DNA of 32,117 nucleotides, from assembly GCA_902766805.1 (NCBI GenBank), contig CACXFF010000349.1, positions 1 through 32,117 of the forward strand, given 5' to 3'. The notes beneath the pieces are model-generated. The model saw only the letters and a program-made list of their open reading frames with translations. It did not search any database and was not told where the DNA came from. The DNA comes from an uncultured Coriobacteriaceae bacterium (GTDB taxonomy: Bacteria > Actinomycetota > Coriobacteriia > Coriobacteriales > Atopobiaceae). A program made the position numbers and the translations under genes. Shown piece after piece: positions 16,026 to 23,784 of the stretch (the first letter of the stretch is position 1; each line of letters opens with the position of its first letter).

Positions 16026-16651
16026 CAGACGCGCGTGCCTTTCTCCAAGAAGTCATGCACGCGGCGGAGCAGGACCGTCATCTTGCCTGCGAACTCGTCG
16101 GCGTTGTAGATCACCGAGAAGTGCGGGTGGCCAGACCAAGAGGCGATGAGCCGGTCGTCCACGGCCGCCGCCTGCTCTGGCGTCTCCTTGCGAGTGGCGT
16201 TGTTCTCCAGCGTGTAGGCGCTCAGGGCGCCCTTGGCCGTGCTTACCAGGTGGAAGACCGCATCGTAGCGCGCGTAGATCTCCTCTTCCGTCATGCCCAG
16301 GTCCTCCAGCAGCCGCTCGAAACCCTCGGGCGTCATGTAGCCCTTGTTGTCCATCACGCCGCGGTCCTGGATGATGACGAGCTCCTCGTCGTCCATGCGC
16401 TCGGCCGCATGGCGGAAGGCGTCTTCTTTGGTCAGCTGCATCTCGCAGACGCTGCGCTGGAAGTCGTCGTAGGAGCGGCAGGTCCAGGGCGCGACGCCGC
16501 CCGAGATGAGCTCTGTGGCCACCTCGGGCACGAAAAGCAGCTTGTAGCCGCGCGACTCTAGGTCCGAGCGCAGCCAAGCGAGGGCCGTGGTCTTGCCCGA
16601 GCACGGGCCTCCGGTGATCACGATCGTGCGAATGCGAGGACTTGCTGCCAT
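16025..16651 (-). CDS. Stand-alone P-loop NTPase (AAA_28-like)
   Basis: Walker A ITGGPCSGKTT. The ATG at 16651 is preceded by GGAAGGGGAAG; the track start at 16678 is an alternative. The stop overlaps the ltaS-paralog-2 ATG by 1 nt (TGATG at 16023..16027). It is a paralog of the N-terminal half of the 26204..27307 product. Confidence 0.8.
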   Translation of the reverse strand: MAASPRIRTIVITGGPCSGKTTALAWLRSDLESRGYKLLFVPEVATELISGGVAPWTCRSYDDFQRSVCEMQLTKEDAFRHAAERMDDEELVIIQDRGVMDNKGYMTPEGFERLLEDLGMTEEEIYARYDAVFHLVSTAKGALSAYTLENNATRKETPEQAAAVDDRLIASWSGHPHFSVIYNADEFAGKMTVLLRRVHDFLEKGTRV

Positions 16652-16765
16652 GCTCTTCCCCTTCCTTGGCGACATCACACGCTACGTTATCAGACAGAAT
16701 ACCAAGTCCTGCCAGCTCGTCGGTGTACAGTTGTACGTACGCGGACAAGCGACGAGGAGGAAACC

Positions 16766-17806
16766 ATGGCCGTGCACACCATTCCCTATGCCACTCTGCC
16801 GAGCGGTCAGGACGTCTATCGTTACGTGCTGAGCGATCGGACCGGCATGACTGCCTCACTCACCGACCTGGGGGCTACGCTGCTCTCGCTCGAGGTGCCG
16901 AGCGCTCAGGGCACGCTCACCGACGTGGTCCTGGGCTATGCCGGCGTGCAGGACTACCTGGTCAACGACCCCAACCTGGGCGCGACCGTCGGGCGCAATG
17001 CCAACCGCATCGCCCGCGGGCGTTTCGAGCTCGCGGGGCGCGCCTGCCAGCTGGCCTGCAACGAGTACGGCAACTCCCTGCACAGCGGCCCCGACATGTG
17101 GAAGACGCGCGTCTGGGAGGCACAGGTCCACGACGATGCCGTGACCTTCCTGCTCGAGAGCCCCGATGGCGACCAGGGCTTCCCCGGAGACGTGGCGGTA
17201 CGCGTGACCTACGCGCTTGACGACGGCGCGCTGGTCATCTCCTACGAGGCCGAGGCCCGCCAGACCACCGTCATCAACCTCACCAACCACAGCTACTTCA
17301 ACCTCAACGGACATGCTGCGGGTGACGTGGGCGGCCACACGCTGCAGCTCTTTGCCGACAGCTGGCTGCCCATCGATGAGCATGGCATCCCCACGGGCGA
17401 GGTCGCGCGCGTGGGCCGCACCCCCATGGACTTCCGCGAGCCGTGGGCGCTGGCGGAGGGCCTCGACAGCGCCTTCCCCGCGCTGCGGGCTGCCGGCGGC
17501 TACGACCACAACTATTGCGTGGGAGAGCGCGCTGGGGAGCTGCGGCGGGTCGCCAGGCTCGTGGGCGACGCCTCGTACATCGCCATGGACGTGGAGACAG
17601 ACCTGCCAGGGCTGCAGCTCTACACGGCCAACCAGCTCCAGGAGTGCGTCGGCAAGGACGGGGCGACCTACGGACGTCACCAAGCCGTGTGCCTGGAGAC
17701 GCAGTATTGGCCCGACGCCGTGAACCACGCCGACTGGGACCAGCCCGTCTTTGGGCCGGACAGGCCGTATCACTCGGTCACGGCCTACCGCTTTGGCCTG
17801 GCCTGA
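16766..17806 (+). CDS. galM: Aldose 1-epimerase (galactose mutarotase)
   Basis: 346 aa. GRNANRIARGRF, SLHSG and NLTNHSYFNL signatures. A GAGGAGGA RBS lies upstream. Confidence 0.9.
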   Translation: MAVHTIPYATLPSGQDVYRYVLSDRTGMTASLTDLGATLLSLEVPSAQGTLTDVVLGYAGVQDYLVNDPNLGATVGRNANRIARGRFELAGRACQLACNEYGNSLHSGPDMWKTRVWEAQVHDDAVTFLLESPDGDQGFPGDVAVRVTYALDDGALVISYEAEARQTTVINLTNHSYFNLNGHAAGDVGGHTLQLFADSWLPIDEHGIPTGEVARVGRTPMDFREPWALAEGLDSAFPALRAAGGYDHNYCVGERAGELRRVARLVGDASYIAMDVETDLPGLQLYTANQLQECVGKDGATYGRHQAVCLETQYWPDAVNHADWDQPVFGPDRPYHSVTAYRFGLA

Positions 17807-17834
17807 GGCACGTAGGCCACAGATGAGGGCGTCC

Positions 17835-17878
17835 GGGAGGGGGACGGGTCCTGAGGGCCCGCTCCCCTCTTTCTTTGG
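17835..17878 (+). terminator. Probable intrinsic terminator after galM
   Basis: Imperfect GC-rich inverted repeat GGGAGGGGGACGGG...CCCGCTCCCCTC followed by TTTCTTT. Confidence 0.4.
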
Positions 17879-17976
17879 CGTGCTGCCGCGGCCCCAGCCG
17901 GCTCATGCGGGGCTTCCCACGGCTAGCCCTGGGTTTAAATAACTATCCGTTATGGACAGTGATTGCCGATAGGCAT

Positions 17977-18005
17977 TTGTTATTGATGCTCCTGCGTCGT
18001 AGGCT
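17977..18005 (+). promoter_or_regulatory. Putative promoter for the small-protein/beta-helix pair
   Basis: TTGTTA-N17-TAGGCT in a locally AT-rich stretch, about 27 nt upstream of the 18032 ATG. Confidence 0.3.
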
Positions 18006-18031
18006 TAGTTCAACACACGAGAGGAGACCCG

Positions 18032-18247
18032 ATGACTCAGCCGACGGAAGCCTCCCTGCGCGAGGCAGGGTGTACCGACACGTTCATCCGCGAGTTCGTG
18101 AACTGCTGGGACGCAGGCGGGCAGGACCTGTGTCTGCGCCTACTGCGTCTGCACCGCTGCGAGCTGCTCGAGGAGCTGCACAAAGCCCAGCGCCCCCTGG
18201 ACGTCCTGGACTGGATCATCAGAGACTGCGAGGAGAATCATGTCTAA
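18032..18247 (+). CDS. Small (71 aa) Cys-containing helical protein of unknown function
   Basis: GAGGAG RBS 5 nt upstream and high GC3. It has an 8-nt overlap (ATGTCTAA) with the next gene. Sequence: ...GCTDTFIREFVNCWDAGGQDLCLRLLRLHRCELLEELHKAQRPLDVLDWIIRDCE. Confidence 0.6.
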   Translation: MTQPTEASLREAGCTDTFIREFVNCWDAGGQDLCLRLLRLHRCELLEELHKAQRPLDVLDWIIRDCEENHV

Positions 18248-19115
18248 GACCATCATCTTGGGCCGGCGCTTCGACGAAGAGCGCGCCTTGTTCGGGTGCG
18301 AGGACCTCAACTTGGAAGGCGTTGCCTTCGCCGGTCCTGCCGACGGCGAGTCCGCGCTCAAGGAGTGCCGTTCGTTGCAGGTGCGCGACACGCTATTTGA
18401 CCTGCGCTATCCGCTCTGGCACGACCAAGGCGTGAGCCTTGTGCGCTGCACGCTCACTGAGGGCTGCCGCGCCGCGCTGTGGTACTCGCGCGACGTGAGC
18501 GTGAGCGACAGCCGCCTGATGGGCATCAAGGCGCTGCGCGAGTGCGACAACGTGTCGATCGATGCGAGCGAGGTGGTCTCCCCCGAGTTTGGCTGGAACT
18601 GCCGGGGCGTGCAGGTGGACGGCGGCTCCATCAGCTCGGAATACGCCTTCATGCACGCCCGCGACCTCAGCCTGCACGACGTGGACTTCTGCGGCAAGTA
18701 CTCGTTCCAGTACACGGAGCACGTGCGCGTGGAGGGCGGATTCTTCGATACCAAAGACGCCTTTTGGCACGCGAGCGACGTGGTGGTGCGCAACGCCACG
18801 CTCAAGGGCGAGTACCTCGGCTGGTACTCCCGCAACCTCACGCTCATCAACTGCCGCATCGAGGGCACCCAGCCCTTCGTCCACTGCGAGGGGCTCAAGC
18901 TGGTGAACTGCGAGATGGTGGGCTGCGACCTGGCCTTCGAGGCCTGCGACGTGCAGGCGGACGTGCGCGGCCACATCGACTCCATCCGCGACCCGCGCTC
19001 GGGCCTGATCGTGGCCGACTCGGTCGGGGAGCTCGTTCATGACACGCAACGGCCCTTTGGCGCTCAGCTCGTCATCCGCGAAGACCCTTTTGATTGCAGC
19101 TGCGCCTGCGCCTAA
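18240..19115 (+). CDS. Right-handed beta-helix repeat protein, DUF3737-like (assignment from recollection)
   Basis: 291 aa made of about 22-aa repeats of the type (D/N)V.(L/V)....(L/F)(G/E). No signal peptide. C-terminal CSCACA. Confidence 0.7.
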   Translation: MSKTIILGRRFDEERALFGCEDLNLEGVAFAGPADGESALKECRSLQVRDTLFDLRYPLWHDQGVSLVRCTLTEGCRAALWYSRDVSVSDSRLMGIKALRECDNVSIDASEVVSPEFGWNCRGVQVDGGSISSEYAFMHARDLSLHDVDFCGKYSFQYTEHVRVEGGFFDTKDAFWHASDVVVRNATLKGEYLGWYSRNLTLINCRIEGTQPFVHCEGLKLVNCEMVGCDLAFEACDVQADVRGHIDSIRDPRSGLIVADSVGELVHDTQRPFGAQLVIREDPFDCSCACA

Positions 19116-19138
19116 ACCCCAAAGCTCAACCTCAACAT

Positions 19139-19179
19139 GAAGGTGGCGGACTTGTGCCAGGTACAAGTCCGCCACCTTC
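19139..19179. terminator. Bidirectional terminator hairpin between convergent genes
   Basis: Perfect 17-bp inverted repeat GAAGGTGGCGGACTTGT-gccaggt-ACAAGTCCGCCACCTTC. The flanking T-tracts are weak. Confidence 0.65.
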
Positions 19180-19195
19180 AATCTTTACCTGAGGC

Positions 19196-20311
19196 TTAGG
19201 CTAGGCAGGAGTCCAGGCCGGCGATGACCGCGTCGCGGTCCATGTGACGGCCGATGATGACGATCTTGGTCTGGCGGTCGCCCACCTCGGGATCCCACTC
19301 GTCCATGATCTCGGGGTTCTGCTCGATGATCTCGCGCTTGGTTTCCTCGGGAGCGCTGGCGACGAACAGGCCGTTCTCCTGCAGGCGGATCTGGTGGCCG
19401 GACTGCTCGAAGACGTAGGCCATGTCGTAGTTGTCCTTGAACCAGACCAGGCCCTTGGCGCGGATGACCGTGTCGGGCCAGTCCTGCGCGAACTTCTCCA
19501 GCTTGGCCATCGAGAACGGCGCGCGGCGCTGGTAGACGAAGGTCTCGATCTCGTACTCGAGGACCTCGGGGTCCTCGTGCTCCTCGGGGTGCTCCATGGC
19601 CTCGATCCAGGCGGCGGAGCCGTAGGCGCGGTCGAAGTCGAAGCGCCCGGTGTCGAGCAGCTCGTCGAGGTCTACCTCGCCCTGGACGCACTCCACGATC
19701 TTGGCTTCCTTCTGCAGGCTGCGCACCAGCGCCTTGAGCTCGTCGACCTGCTCGGGCGTGACGCAGTCGGTCTTGTTGAGCAGCAGCGTGGTGCAGAATT
19801 CGATCTGCTGGACGAGCAGGCTCTCGATGTCCTCCTCGTCGATGTCGTCCTTGACCAGCGCCTTGCCGCCATTGAACTCGTCGTACATGCGGGCGCAGTC
19901 GACCACGGCCACGATGTTGTCGAGCACGATGTTGGTGCCTCGCTCGGCCTGCTCCTTGCAGAAGTTGTCGATCGTGAAGGCGATGGGGATGGGCTCGCAG
20001 ATGCCGGAGGCCTCGATGATGATGTAGTCGAACTTGCCCGACTCCGCCAGGTCGGTCAGCTGGCGCGCGAGGTCGTCGGCCAGCGTGCAGCAGATGCAGC
20101 CGTTGGACAGCGGCACGAGCGTGTTGTCGACCTGGGTGACCACGCCGGCCTTCTCGATGAGGGCAGCGTCGACGTTGACCTCGCCGATGTCGTTGACGAT
20201 GACGGCGGCGCGGACGCCGCGGTCATTGCCGAGGATGTGGTTGAGCAGGGTCGTCTTGCCCGCCCCGAGATAGCCCGTGATGAGGACGATCTTGACGGTG
20301 TTTTCAGCCAT
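19196..20311 (-). CDS. COG0523-family (CobW/ZigA/YjiA-like) metallochaperone GTPase
   Basis: The ATG at 20311 (MAENTVKIVLITGYLGAGKTTLLN) is preceded by GAAAGGA. It has the GCICC metal motif, an acidic/His linker (EHPEEHEDPE) and a CobW C-terminal domain. The track ORF extends 228 nt further upstream without support. Confidence 0.9.
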   Translation of the reverse strand: MAENTVKIVLITGYLGAGKTTLLNHILGNDRGVRAAVIVNDIGEVNVDAALIEKAGVVTQVDNTLVPLSNGCICCTLADDLARQLTDLAESGKFDYIIIEASGICEPIPIAFTIDNFCKEQAERGTNIVLDNIVAVVDCARMYDEFNGGKALVKDDIDEEDIESLLVQQIEFCTTLLLNKTDCVTPEQVDELKALVRSLQKEAKIVECVQGEVDLDELLDTGRFDFDRAYGSAAWIEAMEHPEEHEDPEVLEYEIETFVYQRRAPFSMAKLEKFAQDWPDTVIRAKGLVWFKDNYDMAYVFEQSGHQIRLQENGLFVASAPEETKREIIEQNPEIMDEWDPEVGDRQTKIVIIGRHMDRDAVIAGLDSCLA

Positions 20312-20460
20312 GTTGATTCCTTTCCGTCGCATGACAGCAGTCAGTGTACCCAATCGCTGCGGCATAACGTCCCGAGAGCCGCCTTCGCCGTGCCAAAAAC
20401 CTGCGACAGGCCGTGCGTGAGCGCCTGCCGCATGAAGGCCTATGGGATTCTTGCGCATTC

Positions 20461-20489
20461 TTCGAAATAATGCCTGGCTTAAGTAGAAT
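20461..20489 (+). promoter_or_regulatory. Putative promoter of the dlt operon
   Basis: TTCGAA-N17-TAGAAT in the only AT-rich patch of the divergent intergenic region, about 85 nt upstream of the 20573 ATG. Confidence 0.3.
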
Positions 20490-20572
20490 GTGAAGGCTAT
20501 TGCGTTTGCCGAGGGGCTGGGCGCCCTCGCGCGGACCACCTAGATGCGCCCAGAGAACACAGAGGTTCCCAC

Positions 20573-20743
20573 ATGAACTCCTCCACCGATCAGAACAAGA
20601 TCTCCGATTCGGCCCGCAAGGTCGTGGCCGCCATCCTGTCGTGCAGCCTGGCGCTGGGCTCGCTGTCCCTTGCGGCCTGCGGCGGCAACTCACAGGAGCA
20701 GGACAACTGCTATGGCGAGGACATGCCGGTCGTCAACGAGTAA
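20573..20743 (+). CDS. 56-aa predicted mini-lipoprotein (below the ORF-track size cut-off)
   Basis: AGAGG RBS 7 nt upstream. MNSSTDQNKISDSARKVVAAILSCSLALGSLSLAAC|GGNSQEQDNCYGEDMPVVNE has an LAAC lipobox. About 90% GC3. The stop is 9 nt before the dltA start. Confidence 0.55.
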   Translation: MNSSTDQNKISDSARKVVAAILSCSLALGSLSLAACGGNSQEQDNCYGEDMPVVNE

Positions 20744-20752
20744 GGATGAGCC

Positions 20753-22327
20753 TTGTTTGGTAGCAAGTACCTCGATGCGGTAGAGCTTCAGGCGCAGCGC
20801 GTGCCCGACCGCCTGGTCTTCTTCAACTCCGCGGGCGAGCGCCTCAGCTATGCCGAGCTCTCCGCGCGCTCCTCTGCCCTGGCCTGCTGGCTGGCCGACG
20901 AGCGCAACCTCACCCCGGGCGTGCCGGTGGTGCTCTATGGCCACAAAGCTCCCGAGATGCTCGTGGGCATCTTCGCCTGCGCCAAGGCGGGCCACCCCTA
21001 TGCCCCCATCGACACGGTCTATCCTGCCGACCGCGTGGCCAACATCATCGAGCAGATCGGTGACACCCTCGTGCTCGACACCGCGGGCAGTTTCGACTGG
21101 GGCGCGCTGGCGCTGGACGACGCGCCGCGCGTGCTGGGTCCCGAGCAGATCCAGCAGCTGTGCGCGCAGGCCCCGAACGCCGAGGACGTCGCCGCCCTGC
21201 CGGGCAAACGTCCCCAGGACACCTTCTACATCATCTTCACCTCCGGCTCGACCGGCACGCCCAAGGGCGTAGAGGTGAGCTCGGAGTGCGTGGACGGCTT
21301 CCTGGCGTGGCTGAGCGAGGACTACGCCTTTGCCGAGGAGGGTCACCGCGTGTGGTTCAACCGCGCCGCCTACTCCTTTGACCTGTAGGTGACCGACCTG
21401 GTCTACGCTCCCGCGCACGGCGACACCTGCTTCGCTCTGGCCGAGGAGGCCGAGGGCAGCCTGGCGCTCACCTTCCAGGCGCTGGCGGAGAGCGGCATGA
21501 CGGATTGGGTCTCCACCCCGTCGTTTTTGGACCAATGCCTGGCCGATTCCTCCTTTGGCTCCGAGCTGCTCCCCCAGCTCAAGCGCATGCTGTTCGTGGG
21601 CGAGACCCTGCGCCCCGCCACCGTGCGCGGCGCCAAAGAGCGTTTTGCGGGGATTCACGTGTACAACGGCTATGGCCCCACGGAGTCCACGGACTTCGTG
21701 TCGCTGTGCGAGATCGACGACGAGATGCTTGCCGACGACAAGCCCCTGCCCGTGGGCTACGCCATGCCGGGCGTGCGCCTGGCGGTGCTCGACCCCGAGA
21801 CCCTCGAGGAGAAGCCCGTCGGCGAGCCCGGCGAGCTGTTCATCGTGGGCCACACGGTGGCCAAGGGCTACTACAAGCGCCCTGACCTCACGCAGGCGGC
21901 CTTCCACTCCTGTCCCGAGCGAGTGGCTCAGGGATCCAAATCCTATCGCACCGGCGACGAGGTCACGCTCTCACCGAGCGGCCTGTACTATTTCCACGGC
22001 CGTCTGGACCTGCAGATCAAGCTGCACGGCTTCCGCATCGAGCTGGGCGACATCGAGGCGTGCCTCTGCGCGCTGCCACAGGTGCACATGGCCTGCGTCC
22101 TGCCCGTCGTGCGCGACGGCGTGATCCACCACCTCTGTGCCTGCGTGGTGCCGGACGCGGCGACCGAGCTGCGCGGCCTGCGCCTCTCACGCCAGCTCAA
22201 GGAGGGCCTGGCCGAGACGCTGCCCGCCTACATGATACCGACGCAGTTCAAGTATCTGGACGTCCTGCCGCTCAACCAGAACGGCAAGGCGGATCGCAAG
22301 GCGCTCGCAGCGCTCATCGAGGCGTAA
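20753..22327 (+). pseudogene. dltA: D-alanine--D-alanyl carrier protein ligase DltA, interrupted by an in-frame TAG at 21386..21388
   Basis: Track ORFs 20753..21388 and 21389..22327 are one frame. Adenylation motifs are IIFTSGSTGTPKG, YSFDL*VTDL, YGPTEST, YRTGD and NGKADRK. The TAG sits where DltA orthologs have Ser (FSFDLSV). TTG start with an AAGGA RBS. Confidence 0.85.
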
Positions 22328-22336
22328 GGGGCGAGC

Positions 22337-23500
22337 GTGGATTTCTATGTGGAGCCGGCGTTTTTCGTCCTGAGCGGGGGCATCGCGCTGGTCGGAGCGC
22401 TGCTCGGCCTGTTCGAACGCAGGCAGGCGACCTTTGGCCTCGTCGCGTCGCTTGCGATGCTGGGGCTGCTCTTCTTCCGCTCGGTGCCGGCGCTCGTCTA
22501 TGCGGCGCTCTACCTGGCGTTCTCGTTGGGCCTCTACCGCTGGGTGCTTGGCCTGTTCGAGCGTCACGACCCACGGGCCGTGACGCTCTATCGCGTCGCG
22601 CTGGGCCTGCAGATAGCGCCGCTCGCCCTCTACAAGGTGGGCGTGCTCTTCACGCCTGACTTCCCGGGCTTCTTGGGCATCTCCTACATCACCTTCAAGG
22701 CGGTGCAGGCGCTCATAGAGGTGCGCGACGGGCTCATACATGACATGAGCCTCACGGAGTACCTGTACTTCCTCTCCTTCTTTCCCACCTTCACGTCCGG
22801 CCCGATCCTGCGCAGCAGGGCCTTTGTGGACAATGTGCGCGAGCAGCCCTCGCGCGACGTCTACCTGGGCAGGCTCTATCGCGGCCTGGGCTGGTTCGTG
22901 TTGGGCGCGCTGTACAAGTTCGTCTTCTCGGCGCTCGCGCAGTGGGCGCTGTGGTTCGTGCCGAGTGTGCTGGACTCCCCGGTCCTCGACTGGCTGGCCA
23001 AGGCCCTCTTCTTTGGGCTCGACCTGTTCTTCGACTTCGCCGGCTACTCCGACATGGCGATGGGCCTGGGCCTCGTCCTGGGCATCGAGGTGCCGCGCAA
23101 CTTCCACATGCCCTTCGCCGCGACCGACATCAAGGAGTTCTGGGACCGCTGGCACATCACGCTGTCCACCTGGCTGCGCGACTTCGTCTTCATGCGCTTC
23201 ACCCGCTTCGCCCTGGCGCGCAAGCTCTTCGCCAACCGTCAAGTGACGGCCTGCGTGGGCTTCGTGCTCAACATGGCGCTCATGGGCGTGTGGCACGGCA
23301 TCACCCTGGACTACATCGTCTACGGCCTGTACCACGGCCTGCTGCTGGCAGGCTGGCACTACTTCCAGCAGACTTCCAAGTTCTACAAGGCGCAGCGCAA
23401 GCAGCGTTGGTTCAAGATCGTGAGCTGGGCCTTCACGATGGTCGCCGTCTTCTTTGGCTTCGCGCTGTTCGGCGGCTACGTCTTTGGCCCCGCCCGCTAG
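22337..23500 (+). CDS. dltB: D-alanyl transfer MBOAT protein DltB
   Basis: 387 aa polytopic protein. FFDFAGYSDMA, FWDRWHITLSTWLRD and the MBOAT His in MGVWHG. GTG start. Confidence 0.9.
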   Translation: MDFYVEPAFFVLSGGIALVGALLGLFERRQATFGLVASLAMLGLLFFRSVPALVYAALYLAFSLGLYRWVLGLFERHDPRAVTLYRVALGLQIAPLALYKVGVLFTPDFPGFLGISYITFKAVQALIEVRDGLIHDMSLTEYLYFLSFFPTFTSGPILRSRAFVDNVREQPSRDVYLGRLYRGLGWFVLGALYKFVFSALAQWALWFVPSVLDSPVLDWLAKALFFGLDLFFDFAGYSDMAMGLGLVLGIEVPRNFHMPFAATDIKEFWDRWHITLSTWLRDFVFMRFTRFALARKLFANRQVTACVGFVLNMALMGVWHGITLDYIVYGLYHGLLLAGWHYFQQTSKFYKAQRKQRWFKIVSWAFTMVAVFFGFALFGGYVFGPAR

Positions 23501-23531
23501 GTCGACTCACCCATCCCAGAAAGGACCCATC

Positions 23532-23771
23532 ATGACCGAACTAGAGGAAAAGATCATCAACCTCGTCGTGGACATCTCCGGCGAGGAGGACATCGCCGAG
23601 GAGCGTGACCTGGACCTGTTCGAGGAGCGCGTGCTCGACTCCCTGGCCGCCATCGAGCTGCTCGTGGCCATCCAGGAGGAGTTCGGCGTGTCCATCGCCC
23701 CCACGGAGCTCGAGCGCGAGGAGATGAACACCATCAACAAGATCATCGCGCGCGTGTCCGAGCGCCTCTAG
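23532..23771 (+). CDS. dltC: D-alanyl carrier protein DltC
   Basis: 79 aa acidic protein with the phosphopantetheine Ser in VLDSLAAIELL. AAGGA RBS. The track ORF 23454..23771 is over-extended. Confidence 0.9.
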   Translation: MTELEEKIINLVVDISGEEDIAEERDLDLFEERVLDSLAAIELLVAIQEEFGVSIAPTELEREEMNTINKIIARVSERL

Positions 23772-23784
23772 GAGCGATGCCCAC

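Noticed and set aside
20456-20472. The AT-rich imperfect palindrome CATTCTTCGAAATAATG as a Zur/Fur box.
   Set aside because: Only 6 of 8 arm positions pair, and there is no convincing match to known Zur/Fur consensus sequences. It is mentioned under the COG0523 finding as an open question only.
21386-21388. Programmed recoding (pyrrolysine or suppression) of the dltA TAG.
   Set aside because: There is no pyl gene, PYLIS-like element or suppressor tRNA in the window. The codon replaces an ordinary conserved Ser. A nonsense mutation or a sequencing error is more parsimonious. It remains a point to check, not a claim.
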